This document shows, one piece after another, positions 22,223 to 32,700 of a stretch of DNA of 64,000 nt. Under the pieces are notes generated by a model. It saw only the letters and a program-made list of their open reading frames with translations. It made no database searches and had not been told where the DNA came from. The DNA is taken from the NCBI GenBank assembly GCA_044344935.1, contig JBIJCA010000001.1, positions 17,410 to 81,409 of the forward strand, in the 5' to 3' direction. The stretch's first letter is position 1, and the number at the start of each line of letters is the position of its first letter. The stretch comes from Aquimonas sp. (GTDB lineage: Bacteria > Pseudomonadota > Gammaproteobacteria > Xanthomonadales > Xanthomonadaceae). The translations under genes were made by a program, and so were the position numbers.

Positions 22223-23620
22223 ATGCGGGACGCTGCTGCCGCGCCCCCGATCGCGGCGACCGAAAGCCCATCGCCGCGCGCGCGCATCGACACCATCGCT
22301 GCCATCGCCACCGCCGCCGGCCCCGCCGGCCTGGGCGTGGTGCGCCTGTCGGGGCCTGAGTCGTTCCCGATCGCACTCCGCCTGAGTGGCATTGAGCCGA
22401 AGCCACGCCACGCCCACTACGTTCGATTCAGGGATGCGGCCGAGGAGGTCATTGATGACGGCCTGTTGATCTGGTTCGCAGCGCCTGCGTCCTACACCGG
22501 CGAGGACGTGGTCGAGCTTCAGGCCCATGGCAGCCCTGCCCTGCTGCGCCTGCTGCTGGCGCGCTGCGTGGAGCTCGGCGCGCGGCTGGCGCGACCCGGC
22601 GAATTCACTGAACGCGCGTTCCTGAACGAACGCCTGGACCTGGCCCAGGCAGAAGCGGTGGCGGATCTGATCCACGCCTCGTCCGAAGCCGCGGCGCGCG
22701 CCGCGCGGCGCGCACTCGATGGCGAATTCAGCCGTCGTGTCGATACCTTGACCGGCGCGCTGACTGCGCTGCGCATCTATGTCGAAGCCGCGATCGATTT
22801 CCCGGAAGAGGAGATCGACTTTCTCGCTGGGCCTGAACTGAAATCGCGCCTTCAGCACGTGCGCGAGCAGATGCAGAGCCTGCTGCGCGAGGCCCGCCGC
22901 GGCCAGCGCCTGCGCGACGGGCTGCACGTGGTGATCGCCGGGCCGCCGAATGCCGGCAAGAGCTCGCTGCTGAATGCGCTGGCGGGTGCCGATCGCGCCA
23001 TCGTCACCGAGATCGCCGGCACCACCCGCGACCTGCTGCGCGAGGCCGTGGTGATCGACGGCATCGAGCTGACCTTGGTCGATACGGCGGGACTGCGAGA
23101 TTCCATGGATGCCGTCGAAGCGGAAGGGATGCGCCGCGCCCGTGCCGAGTTCGCCCGCGCCGATCTTGCGCTGGCTGTCGTTGAATGCGGTTCGGAGAGG
23201 GAGCAGATCCCAGCATTGAAGGCGGAGCTAGGCGCCTTGCCGCAAGTGCTCTGGGCACACAACAAGTGCGAGCTGGCCTCAGAGCCTGTGCGCTGCGAAC
23301 AAAGGCCGGATGGCCTTCACCTGTGGTTGTCCGTCCGCCAGGGCTGGGGCCTCGACGACCTGCGCGCCGCGCTCCGGAATGCGGCGGGCCTAGGGGAGGC
23401 CGCCGAAGGCGCGATCAGCGCCCGAGCGCGCCATGTCGACGCCCTCGTGCGCGCAAACACACAGCTCGAGTGTGCTGCCGAGCGCCTTGCCGAGGCCAGC
23501 GGCGAGCTCGCCGCCGAAGACTTGCGCGCCGCGCAGGATGCCCTGGGAGACATCACAGGTCGCATCAGCGCTGACGATTTGTTGGGTCGGATCTTCGGCA
23601 GTTTTTGCATCGGAAAGTGA
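22223..23620 (+). CDS. mnmE: tRNA modification GTPase MnmE
   Basis: [36 protein letters not shown]-terminal FCIGK. Confidence 0.98.
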   Translation: MRDAAAAPPIAATESPSPRARIDTIAAIATAAGPAGLGVVRLSGPESFPIALRLSGIEPKPRHAHYVRFRDAAEEVIDDGLLIWFAAPASYTGEDVVELQAHGSPALLRLLLARCVELGARLARPGEFTERAFLNERLDLAQAEAVADLIHASSEAAARAARRALDGEFSRRVDTLTGALTALRIYVEAAIDFPEEEIDFLAGPELKSRLQHVREQMQSLLREARRGQRLRDGLHVVIAGPPNAGKSSLLNALAGADRAIVTEIAGTTRDLLREAVVIDGIELTLVDTAGLRDSMDAVEAEGMRRARAEFARADLALAVVECGSEREQIPALKAELGALPQVLWAHNKCELASEPVRCEQRPDGLHLWLSVRQGWGLDDLRAALRNAAGLGEAAEGAISARARHVDALVRANTQLECAAERLAEASGELAAEDLRAAQDALGDITGRISADDLLGRIFGSFCIGK

Positions 23621-23785
23621 AGCGCATCGCGGAATTGACCGCTCAAGGCCACTTTTTGCAACGCTGGCCCATCCCGACTTGCGCCCTGACCCGGCGCTGT
23701 GGCTAATGAGAACTTCGTCGGACCGCTGAGTCTTGCGCCCAGGGATGGACGCGGCGGACTGACTTTCGAATCAGGGGATGACCAA

Positions 23786-24763
23786 ATGGGTATGGGAAGA
23801 CTGCGCGGGGGCGCGGCCGTCATGGTGTTGTCTGCGGTTCTGCTGGCTGCTTGCGGCGGCGGTGAGACGCCCGCGCCGGCGCCGCCGGCAGCTGATGCAG
23901 GCGCGGCTCCCGCCGCTGCTGCGCCCGCGGCAGAACCCACCGCTCCGGTGGCGGAGACCTCCGCACCGGCCGAGCTGGTGGCGGGGGCCGGCAGCGTGGA
24001 GGTGGCCGAAGCCGCGTTGCGCGAGCAGCGGCTGTTTACGCCTGCCGGAGATAACGCGTTCGAGCTGTTTCTACTCGCGTCCGAGCGGGACCCGGGCCTG
24101 CAGCGCGTGCGCGACGCGTTGACGGATCTGTTCCCCTACGCCGTACTGCATGTCGAACAGCGCACCGCCGCCCGCGACGCCCTTGACGCTCGCCGCGTAC
24201 TCGACCTAATGGCCAGGGCGCAGCCCGACGCCCCCGCGCTGGAGCGCCTGGAAAGAGAGTTGGAGAGACTGGAGCGCCGTCTCGCCACCGAAGTCGCCCA
24301 GCAGCAAGCGGCGGCGGCTCGCACCGCAGCAGCCCCCGCACCCACGCCGGCACCGGCGCCCGTGGCCAGCGCTCCCGCCCCGAGCCCGGCTGAGCCAGTC
24401 GTCGCAGAGCCGCCGCCCGCACCCGCACCCGCTGCGGTGGCACCGGAACCGGTACCGCCGCCTGCCGCTGCCCCGACACCCGCGCCTGCACGCGTTGCTG
24501 CCACACCGCCACAGCCCAAGGTGCTCCGCCAACCGCCGCTGCGATATCCGGAGCAGGCCATGCGTCAGGGGATCGAGGGGCGAGTGATTGTCGACTTCCA
24601 GATCAACGTCGACGGCAGCGTGTCCGACGTTCGGGTGCAGGAAGCCACACCTCAGGGTGTCTTCGAACGCGAAGCCCTGGCAGTGGTGCGTCGGACCCGT
24701 TTCGAGCCGCCACCGGAGCCCGTCCGCGCCCGCCGCACCATTGAATTCAGCATGGATCGCTGA
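23786..24763 (+). CDS. lipoprotein with helical domain, Pro/Ala linker and TonB C-terminal domain (paralog 1)
   Basis: Lipobox VLLAAC-GG, REQRLFTPAGDNAFE, and LRYPEQAMRQGIEGRVIVDFQI...FEREAL...TRFEP. Confidence 0.8.
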   Translation: MGMGRLRGGAAVMVLSAVLLAACGGGETPAPAPPAADAGAAPAAAAPAAEPTAPVAETSAPAELVAGAGSVEVAEAALREQRLFTPAGDNAFELFLLASERDPGLQRVRDALTDLFPYAVLHVEQRTAARDALDARRVLDLMARAQPDAPALERLERELERLERRLATEVAQQQAAAARTAAAPAPTPAPAPVASAPAPSPAEPVVAEPPPAPAPAAVAPEPVPPPAAAPTPAPARVAATPPQPKVLRQPPLRYPEQAMRQGIEGRVIVDFQINVDGSVSDVRVQEATPQGVFEREALAVVRRTRFEPPPEPVRARRTIEFSMDR

Positions 24764-25417
24764 GCGTCGGTTCCATCGGACGCGTCCAGCACGAACAGGG
24801 GTGGATCCCCCTGCGGCTGCTGTCGCAAGATCGGGCCCATGGCCGGGTTACATCTGCCGTTTCAGTCGCAGACAACGGACGGGCATCGTTGATGTCGATC
24901 GCGGCTGCGCGTTGACGCCCTTCTCTTTCGGGACGTCGATAACGAAGCCCTGATTCATCGGAGCCTTCTACGCGCGCGAGACGCCGCACCCACAGGTAGA
25001 TCTAGACAGCGCTTGATCCAGCCGGACCGAGCACAGCAAAGGCGTCGCAACGCTGCGGCCGCGCGAGTCCGGCCTGAAGCCGGACTCGTGACGTGTGGAC
25101 AATCCTCGACTTGGCCTCGTACAGACCCGGGCTTGCAAAGCGCTGAGGTTTTCACCTGACAGCCCGCCTCACGTCGACTCTACCGCACCAGACGGTTCGT
25201 GCCTCCGCCGACGCACGCGCACACAAACCTGAGATCCGTAGCGCGAACTTCAGGAGATCTCGGGCTGTTCTGACGGTTTCGCTGGCGCCGCGCTGCTGTG
25301 AACGCTGTCGCAGACCGGGAGGCCCGGGCCCTGTGCATCACCAAAGCGCAATGCGCGCTTGGCATCCTGCTCGGCTTGCTGCGATGCAGCGCGTTTGAAG
25401 CGACAGGGGCTCGGACG

Positions 25418-26446
25418 ATGGCGATGAAGATGCGCGAAACCCGGCAAGCGGGGCGGTTCAGGGTTGCAGGCTTCCGGCAGTGGTGGCTTGCATTCGGTGC
25501 AGCGGTACTGGCAGTGGGATGCGGTGGCGGAACACCACCCGAACCGGTGACGCCGACCGTGGAAAGCGCGAATGCCCTCCCTGTGGGCGACACCGGGCAA
25601 GCCGCGGACGCACCCGCGGACACGGTGACGAAGGCGACGACGGCGGGTGAACAGGCGCTGCGCGAGCAACGGCTTTTCCTGCCCGTCTCCGATAACGCTT
25701 TCGAGCACTTTCTGAGTGCGCTCGCGGCGGACCCTGCCAATGAGCGGGCGCGTCTCGCCCTGCTGGATCTTGTGCCCTACGCCGTCCTGCACATCGAACA
25801 GCGCCTTGCAGCCGAGGATGCCGACGAGGCGGCGCGCCTGCTCGCCTTGCTGCAGCGTGCCGCTGCAGATGCGCCTGCCTTGCCCCGTCTGCAGGACGGG
25901 CTGGTCACTCTGCAGGCGCGACAGGCCACTCAGCGACTCGCGGCCGAAACCGCGGCTGAGGCGGCTACGGGCGCTACGCGAAACGCGGCCGAACCGCCGG
26001 CGGCTTCAGCCGGGACGATTGCCGCCCCCGCGCAGTCGGCGCCGAGCGTTCCGCCCGAGCGCGCGGCCGAAACGGCTGCGGATGCTGCAGGCACATCAGA
26101 GCCGCTGTCGGCTGCCGCAGCCGAACCTGCCAATCCGCCCGCTGCCGCCCCGGTCGACGTGACGCCGCCCCCGGCGGCACCAGTCCCTGCAAGAGTGCCG
26201 GAGGTGGTCTACCGACCGGCCCTGCGCTATCCACCGATGGCAGAGCGCAGGCGCATCGAAGGTTTCGTCGAAATCGAATTCACGATCGACGCCGATGGCA
26301 GCGTTGCCGAGCTCGAGATCCTGCGCAGCGAACCCGAAGGCATGTTCGATCGGGAAGCTCTTGCAGCGATGCAACGTTGGCGCTTCGCGCCGCCCGCCGC
26401 CCCCCTTCGCGCGCGGCGAACGCTGGAGTTCAAGTTGGCGCGCTGA
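25418..26446 (+). CDS. lipoprotein with helical domain, linker and TonB C-terminal domain (paralog 2)
   Basis: Lipobox VLAVGC-GG, REQRLFLPVSDNAFE, and LRYPPMAERRRIEGFVEIEFTI...FDREAL..WRFAP. Start uncertain. Confidence 0.8.
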   Translation: MAMKMRETRQAGRFRVAGFRQWWLAFGAAVLAVGCGGGTPPEPVTPTVESANALPVGDTGQAADAPADTVTKATTAGEQALREQRLFLPVSDNAFEHFLSALAADPANERARLALLDLVPYAVLHIEQRLAAEDADEAARLLALLQRAAADAPALPRLQDGLVTLQARQATQRLAAETAAEAATGATRNAAEPPAASAGTIAAPAQSAPSVPPERAAETAADAAGTSEPLSAAAAEPANPPAAAPVDVTPPPAAPVPARVPEVVYRPALRYPPMAERRRIEGFVEIEFTIDADGSVAELEILRSEPEGMFDREALAAMQRWRFAPPAAPLRARRTLEFKLAR

Positions 26447-26467
26447 GCGCGCCGACATCGCTGCGAT

Positions 26468-27109
26468 TCAGGCGCCCGGCTCGGTCCGCAGGCGCAGGCG
26501 CTGGAGGCGACGCTCACTGCGTTCGATGTCATCACGCAGGCCGTCGACGTCCTCGCAGAAGGCATCGAGCTCAGCGCGACCCACCAGCACTCCGGCCTCG
26601 TCGCGGAGATAGTCGGCACTGGCCTCGGCCAGCTCGCGCGAGCTGCGGCGCAGGCCGTCCACCGCGGCCTTGAAGCCTTTGGCGACCTGGACGCCCACGA
26701 CCTCACCGAGGCGCGCCGACAGTGCTGCCTCGAGGTCGGGGCTGTAACGCTGGGCGATGCGCTGCAGCGCCTGCGCCAGCTCGATGTCGCCGGCGATCTT
26801 CATGCTGCCCGGTGCAGCTGCGGTCGCGCCTGGAAGCACCCGCGACAGCACCGCGCCCAGAGTGGCCCGCAGACTGAGGTCCGGCTCGGCTTCTGCCTGT
26901 GTCGGGCCCACCGTGAGGCGCGCGTTGCGCACCTCGATGCGCGCCGCCAGCCGCGGTGCGGCCAGCGTCAGTTCGATGCTGCGGCCTTCCAGTGCCTGCA
27001 GCTGCGCTGGCAGGTCCGGATCCAGCACCAGCGCACGGTTCAGCGCGAACTCGAGCGCCTGGCCGCCCAGTGCGAGCAGTGGAGTGGTGCGGCCAGCAGG
27101 TTCGGTCAT
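26468..27109 (-). CDS. ubiJ: SCP2-domain protein (UbiJ-like)
   Basis: ALNRALVLDP, KIAGDIELAQ, YLRDE, and a coiled-coil C-terminus (VDGLRDDIERSERRL). Confidence 0.75.
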   Translation of the reverse strand: MTEPAGRTTPLLALGGQALEFALNRALVLDPDLPAQLQALEGRSIELTLAAPRLAARIEVRNARLTVGPTQAEAEPDLSLRATLGAVLSRVLPGATAAAPGSMKIAGDIELAQALQRIAQRYSPDLEAALSARLGEVVGVQVAKGFKAAVDGLRRSSRELAEASADYLRDEAGVLVGRAELDAFCEDVDGLRDDIERSERRLQRLRLRTEPGA

Positions 27110-27138
27110 GGAAAGTCTCGCCGCGGTGACCCGGTTGC

Positions 27139-27957
27139 TCAGGAAGCGCGAGCGTACGCGCCCACGGCCAGCTCCGGCAGGTGGAAGAAGGCACGTGCGC
27201 TCGCGGTGGTTTCGGTTTCGACCTGCGCGTAGCTGAGCGCACGATCGCGCGCCAGCTCCTCGGCGATGTGCTGCAGGTACATCGGCTCGTTGCGGCGGTG
27301 CGAAGGCATCGGCTTCAGGTTGCGCGGCAGCAGGTAGGGCGAGTCGGTCTCGATCATCAGCCGGTTGGCCGGAATCTCACGGACGAACTCGCGCAGATGC
27401 TGGCCGCGGCGCTCGTCACACAGCCAGCCGGTGATGCCGATATGGCAGTCGAGGTCGAGATAGTCGTACAGCGCCTCGCGGGTGTCGGTGAAGCAGTGCA
27501 CCACCGCCGCCGGCACGCGGTCGCGGACCTGTTTCAGGATCGCAAGAAAGTCCCCGTGCGCATCGCGCTGGTGCAGGAACAGTGGCTTGCCGAGCTCGAC
27601 CGCGATGTCGAGCTGGCGCTCGAAGGCGCGGCGCTGCGCCGGTCGCGGCGAGAAATCGCGGTGGTAATCGAGCCCGGTCTCGCCGACCGCGCGCACCTCC
27701 GCGTGCGCGTGCAGGGCGCGCAGCTCGCGGTCGGCCTCATCCGTGTATTCGACCGCGTGGTGTGGATGCACGCCGGCGGTGGCGAACAGCCGGCCCGGAT
27801 AGGCGCGTGCGAGTTCGAGCGCATCCGCACTGCCCTGGCGGCTGGCGCCCGTGACGACCATCTGCGCCACGCCATGCGCTGCGGCACGCGCCAGTACGGC
27901 GTCGAGGTCGTGGGCAAAGGACTCGTGGGTGAGGTTGGCGCCGATGTCTACGAGCAT
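27139..27957 (-). CDS. tatD: TatD-family nuclease
   Basis: VDIGANLTH, GVHPH, AVGETGLDY, LHQRDAH, VVHCFT, IETDSPYL. Confidence 0.93.
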   Translation of the reverse strand: MLVDIGANLTHESFAHDLDAVLARAAAHGVAQMVVTGASRQGSADALELARAYPGRLFATAGVHPHHAVEYTDEADRELRALHAHAEVRAVGETGLDYHRDFSPRPAQRRAFERQLDIAVELGKPLFLHQRDAHGDFLAILKQVRDRVPAAVVHCFTDTREALYDYLDLDCHIGITGWLCDERRGQHLREFVREIPANRLMIETDSPYLLPRNLKPMPSHRRNEPMYLQHIAEELARDRALSYAQVETETTASARAFFHLPELAVGAYARAS

Positions 27958-27978
27958 GGGATTGGGGATTCGTGATTC
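27958..27978. repeat. three GGGATT(G/C)-type heptamers abutting the tatD start codon
   Basis: GGGATTG GGGATTC GTGATTC. Confidence 0.7.
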
Positions 27979-28055
27979 GTTTGGGGCGGGGCGTGGCAAG
28001 CCTCATGGCCAGCGACTTGGATCGACGCAGGTGAAGAGCCAGCGGCCGGATCGGT

Positions 28056-29555
28056 TCACACGGGTTCGGGTTCGGGATCGTCGGCGGGCACGCAGCGCTC
28101 GCTCGCCCACTGCCGCAGGCGCGCGACGTTCTCGGCCATCACCACCGAGATCGGGCGGGTGCCGCGCAGCGCGGCCAGCAGATGCGATTGATCGAGGCCT
28201 TGCCCGTCGGCGTGGCTTTCGTAGAGCGCGGCCACCACGGCCTGCTCGATCTCCGCCCCCGAGAAGCCGGCACTGGCCGCCGACAGCGCCGCAAGGTCGA
28301 AGCTCTCGACGGTCTGCTGGCGGCGGCCCAGATGAATCGCGAAAGCCTGCCCGCGGGCCGCTGCGCCCGGCAGATCGACGAAGAAGATCTCGTCGAAACG
28401 TCCTTTGCGCAGCAGCTCCGGCGGCAGCTGTTCGATGCTGTTGGCCGTGGCGACCAGGAACACGGGCGGCTTGCGCTCTGACATCCACGTGAGCAGCGCG
28501 CCGAGCACGCGACGGCTGACACCGTCGTCGCTGTTCGAGGTGGCCAGGCCTTTCTCGATCTCGTCGCACCACAGCACGCAGGGCGCCATCGATTCGGCAG
28601 CGCGCAGGCTTTCGCGCAGATTGCGCTCGGTTTCGCCGTGGTACTTGTTGTAGAGCGCACCAAAATCGAGCCGCAGCAGGGGCACGCCGAAGCCGCCGGC
28701 GCAGGCCTTGGCGGCCAGCGACTTTCCTGCCCCCTGCACGCCCAGCAGCAGCAGGCCGCGCGGCGGATCCAGGCCGGGCGGGCCGCTGCCTTCGATGAAG
28801 ATGCGCCGGCGCTGTTCGATCCAGCGCTTGAGCCGCGTCAGCCCGGCCACTTCATCGAAGCGCGCCACGTCAGGTTCGAAATGCAGCACGCCTCCCGAGC
28901 CCAGCAGCTTGAACTTCGCCTGCTGCGCCTTGGCGATATCGTCGTCGCGGATCGCACCGTCATCGTGGATCAGCTGACGGACGATCTTGCGCGCGTCCAG
29001 CAGCGACAGCCCGCGCAGATGGCGCAGCAGCTGACGTTGCGCGCCCGCCTCGACCTGCACGCGTTTGCCGCCGTGTTCACGCGAATAGGCGAACGCCTCT
29101 TCGCGCAGCATCTGGCCGAGTCGCGCCTCGTCCGGCAGCCGAACCTCGAAGCGCGTGGCCAGCGATTCCAGCTCCTCCGGCAGCTCCACCTTGGCACCGA
29201 CCAGCACCACGCTGTGCTTGCCTGCGGCCTGGCCAAGCACCACCTCGCGCAGGCGGCGGATGCTCATCGCGTAGCGCAGGTAGGGGCCGAAATCGAACAG
29301 CAGCCAGATCGAGCGGCGCGCATCCGCGTGCATCAGCTCCAGCAGCTGGCTGGAGTCATTGCAGGCCGGCAGACCGTCCTCGTCCATGTCCAAGCGCTGC
29401 AGACCCTGGGTGATGCTCCAGCTGAACAGAGGCCGCAGCAGCTCGGCGACGACGTGGCGGAAGGCGTCGAGCAGCAGGCCCTCTTCGTGGGTTTCCACCA
29501 CCACAAGCGGCGCGCCGGAGCGCAACAGGACAGCCAGGTCTCGGGGTTCGAACAT
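28056..29555 (-). CDS. AAA+ ATPase (Ycf46-like)
   Basis: Degenerate N-terminal ATPase domain, then GVQGAGKS (Walker A), LWCDEIEKG (Walker B), and ELLRKGRFDEIFFVDLP. Confidence 0.85.
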   Translation of the reverse strand: MFEPRDLAVLLRSGAPLVVVETHEEGLLLDAFRHVVAELLRPLFSWSITQGLQRLDMDEDGLPACNDSSQLLELMHADARRSIWLLFDFGPYLRYAMSIRRLREVVLGQAAGKHSVVLVGAKVELPEELESLATRFEVRLPDEARLGQMLREEAFAYSREHGGKRVQVEAGAQRQLLRHLRGLSLLDARKIVRQLIHDDGAIRDDDIAKAQQAKFKLLGSGGVLHFEPDVARFDEVAGLTRLKRWIEQRRRIFIEGSGPPGLDPPRGLLLLGVQGAGKSLAAKACAGGFGVPLLRLDFGALYNKYHGETERNLRESLRAAESMAPCVLWCDEIEKGLATSNSDDGVSRRVLGALLTWMSERKPPVFLVATANSIEQLPPELLRKGRFDEIFFVDLPGAAARGQAFAIHLGRRQQTVESFDLAALSAASAGFSGAEIEQAVVAALYESHADGQGLDQSHLLAALRGTRPISVVMAENVARLRQWASERCVPADDPEPEPV

Positions 29556-29721
29556 GCGCGGCGTGCAATCGCTGGAAGCAGCAAGGGCCGCAAGTGTAGC
29601 GGCCGAAGCCGGACTGAATGTCCCGAGTCGACTGCGCGGTCACCTGCAGACTCGGGTGTATCCTCGCCCGACCACCCATTCCTCTGGATTGAGCGGGCCG
29701 ACGCGCCCGGGAGTGCCTTCG

Positions 29722-32700
29722 ATGAAAACCGCCTTTCCGCTTTCCCGCCCACAGGTGCTGGCGGCACTGTGCGCGCTTGCGCTGGCCCCGATGGCCCAGG
29801 CTGAGCGCCTGAGTCTGCCCAGTCTCGATCTTCCCAAGCTGGCGGCCGAGGATCGGGTCAGCGACGGCAAGGCCGGCGTGCCGCTGCGTTACGGCCAGGT
29901 GCAGGCGTTCGGCAACAAGCACCTCGGCCTGCCGGAGCGGGGGCTTGAGGCGGGCGGCAGCTGGACCGAAGCCAGCGATGGCGCCGGCCGCTGGTGGCTG
30001 CAGGTGGAGGCGGCGCAGGCGCGCAATCTGGCGCTGCACTTTGATGAGTTCCGGCTGCCGGCGGGCGCTGAGCTCAGGCTGTACGCGGCTGGCGAGAAGA
30101 CTCCAAGCCTGGTCTACACCGACGCCGACAACACGTCCCAGGGCGATCTGCGGACGCCGATGCTCGAAGGGCAGAGCCTGCGGATCGAGCTACTCGTGCC
30201 GCAGGACAAACGCGCCTTCACGCGCCTGAACCTAGGCAGCGTGGTGCAAGGCTATCGCGACCCCTTCGTCGCCCTGGCCCAGGTGAAGTCCGGTAGCTGC
30301 AACATCGACGTGGCCTGTCCGCAGGGCGATGCCTGGCGGCCGCAGATCCGTTCGGTGGCCCACTACACCTTCAACAGCGGCAGCGGCAGCTTTGTCTGCA
30401 CCGGCCAGCTCGTCGCCACCGGCAGTCAGGCGCAGGACCGCTCCAACCCGCGTTTTCTGACCGCCCACCACTGCGTCAGCACCGCGGCTGAAGTCCAGTC
30501 GATGACCCTGTACTGGAAATACGAAAGCCCGACCTGCCGAGCGCCCGGCAGCACGGCCAGCGGACAGCAGGTGCCTCGCGACAGCAATACCGCGGCGACC
30601 CAGAGCGGCGCCAGCCTGCTGGCCACCCATCGCGAAACGGATTTCACGATCGTCGCGTTGAACGCGACCGTTCCTGCCGCCGCGGACGCCTGGTACACCG
30701 GCTGGGATCGCGGCACCGGCGTCCCCACGGGCACCGTCGGCATCCACCACCCGGCGGGCCACGAAAAGCGCATCAGCATCGACAACAATGCGCCGAGCAC
30801 CGGCCCAAGCTGCATCATCACCAACGCCACCCAGACCACCCACTGGTACGTGGGCGCCTGGGATGAAGGCACCACTGAAGGAGGCTCTTCCGGTTCCGGC
30901 CTGTGGCGGCGCGATACGGGCCGCCTGATCGGTGTGCTCAGCGGCGGCGAGGCCTCCTGTGCCGCGCGCGACCAGTTCGACTGCTACGGAGCCTTGGACA
31001 AGGGCTGGACCGGCGGCGGCACGGCTGCGACCCGCATGAGCGACTGGATGGTGCGCGCCGGCGGCAGCCCGCAGACCCAGGACGGCTACGGCAGTTGCGC
31101 AGCACCGACGGTGAGCTTGAGCTCCAATGCCTTCAGCAGCGGCGCCCGCGTCGGCGAGCAGGTCGCGTTCAGCGCCGCTGCCAGCGGCGGCAGCGGCTCC
31201 GGCTATGTCTTCGAGTGGGACCTCAACGGCGATGGCGATTTCGAGCGCCGCGGCGCCGGCAACAGCGTCAGCCTCCGCTACGCGCGCGCGCAGAGTGGTC
31301 AGGTCAGCGTACGGGTCGTTGACGGCTCGGGCTGTGCAACGGTGGCCTCACGCGCCCTCGACGTACAGGCCGCACGAATCACCGCCACGGCCCAGGCGCC
31401 GCAGCAGGTCTGCGGCAACGGCAACGCCGGACTGGATCCCGGTGAGCGCTGGCGGATCCCGGTGACGCTCACCAACAGCGGCACCGCCCCCCTGCCCGCC
31501 GGTGCCCATGCTCTCTTCGCCAACGCAGAGGGCAGCGGTGGCGCCGAACTGTATGGGCCGGATGCCTTCGGCTACCGCGGCACCAACAGCGCCACCGATC
31601 CTGGTCTTTGCGGCTACGGCTTCGTCGACATCGGCGATGCGCCAGCACTGGCCCTGAGTGCAGCCGGTAACCTGGCGGCGGCCGACGACGGACGCAGCAG
31701 CCTCATCGCTCTGGGTGGGTCGGGCTTCAGGCTGTATGGCCAGACCTACACCGCGGCCATCATGTCCACCAACGGCTATGTGTCGTTTTCTGCCAACGAC
31801 AGCGGCGGTGACTACGACAACAGCTGCACGGGGCTGATGGACAATGGGGGTGCCGGTCCGCGGCTGCACGTGCTGCACGACGATCTTGTGGTCGCCTCCA
31901 ACGGTGGCCTGCGCTATCGCTACTTCGCCAGTTGCCCGCGCGCGCCGATCGGTGGCTCGGATCAGTCCTGCCATGTGTTCCAGTGGGATGCGATGCAGGT
32001 CTACTCGGCAACCTCTCCCACCGGCAATGCCTCCTTCCAGGCGATCGCCTATCCCGGAAACGGCCAGGTGGTGTACCAGTACCGTCGCGCCAACACCAAT
32101 GCCGGTGCCGGCGCCACTATCGGCCTGATCAACGCCAGCGGTGCCGATCAGTTGCTGGCGTCCTGCAACGCGGAGAACTCGGCGCCCGCTGAATCGGCGA
32201 TCTGCGTCTTCGATCCGCAGAATCTACCGCTGGCGTCCACCCCAGTGCTGCTTGAGTCGCCCACGGTGTCCGTGCCTGCTTTGGCGGTTGGCGCCAGCGC
32301 GACGGTCCAACTGAGCGTGCAGGTGCCCCAATCGTCAGCCTGCGGTGCCCCGGTCGGCGTCGACTATCTCGCCACCGCGCTGAGCGGCGAGCACAGCATG
32401 CAACCGGCGACCGTGTTCGCCGCCCAAGTGGCGTCAAGCTGCGCGGCGGTGAGCACCTGCCCTGCCACCTCCCGCCCGCTGCCGCGCCGCGGCTTTTTCA
32501 GCGACCCGGCCCGCGGCGGCAACGGTCTCGCGGTCTTCACCTATGGCGACAACGCGAACCCTGTGGTGGGTGCGATCTGGTACACCGGTGATCGCAGCTA
32601 TCTGAGCGACTGGTACACCCTTGCCGGACCCCTGCGTGGGGGCCTGATGGAGAGCCCGCTGTTCCGCACGCGCAACAACCAGCCCAGCGGATTCGCGCCG

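Noticed and set aside
25031-25088. Resemblance to a c-di-GMP-I riboswitch (GCACAGCAAA...GCAA...TCCGGCCTGAA)
   Set aside because: The GGCAAA/GNRA-receptor core and P1 pairing are not satisfied, and the 3' part forms its own perfect hairpin.
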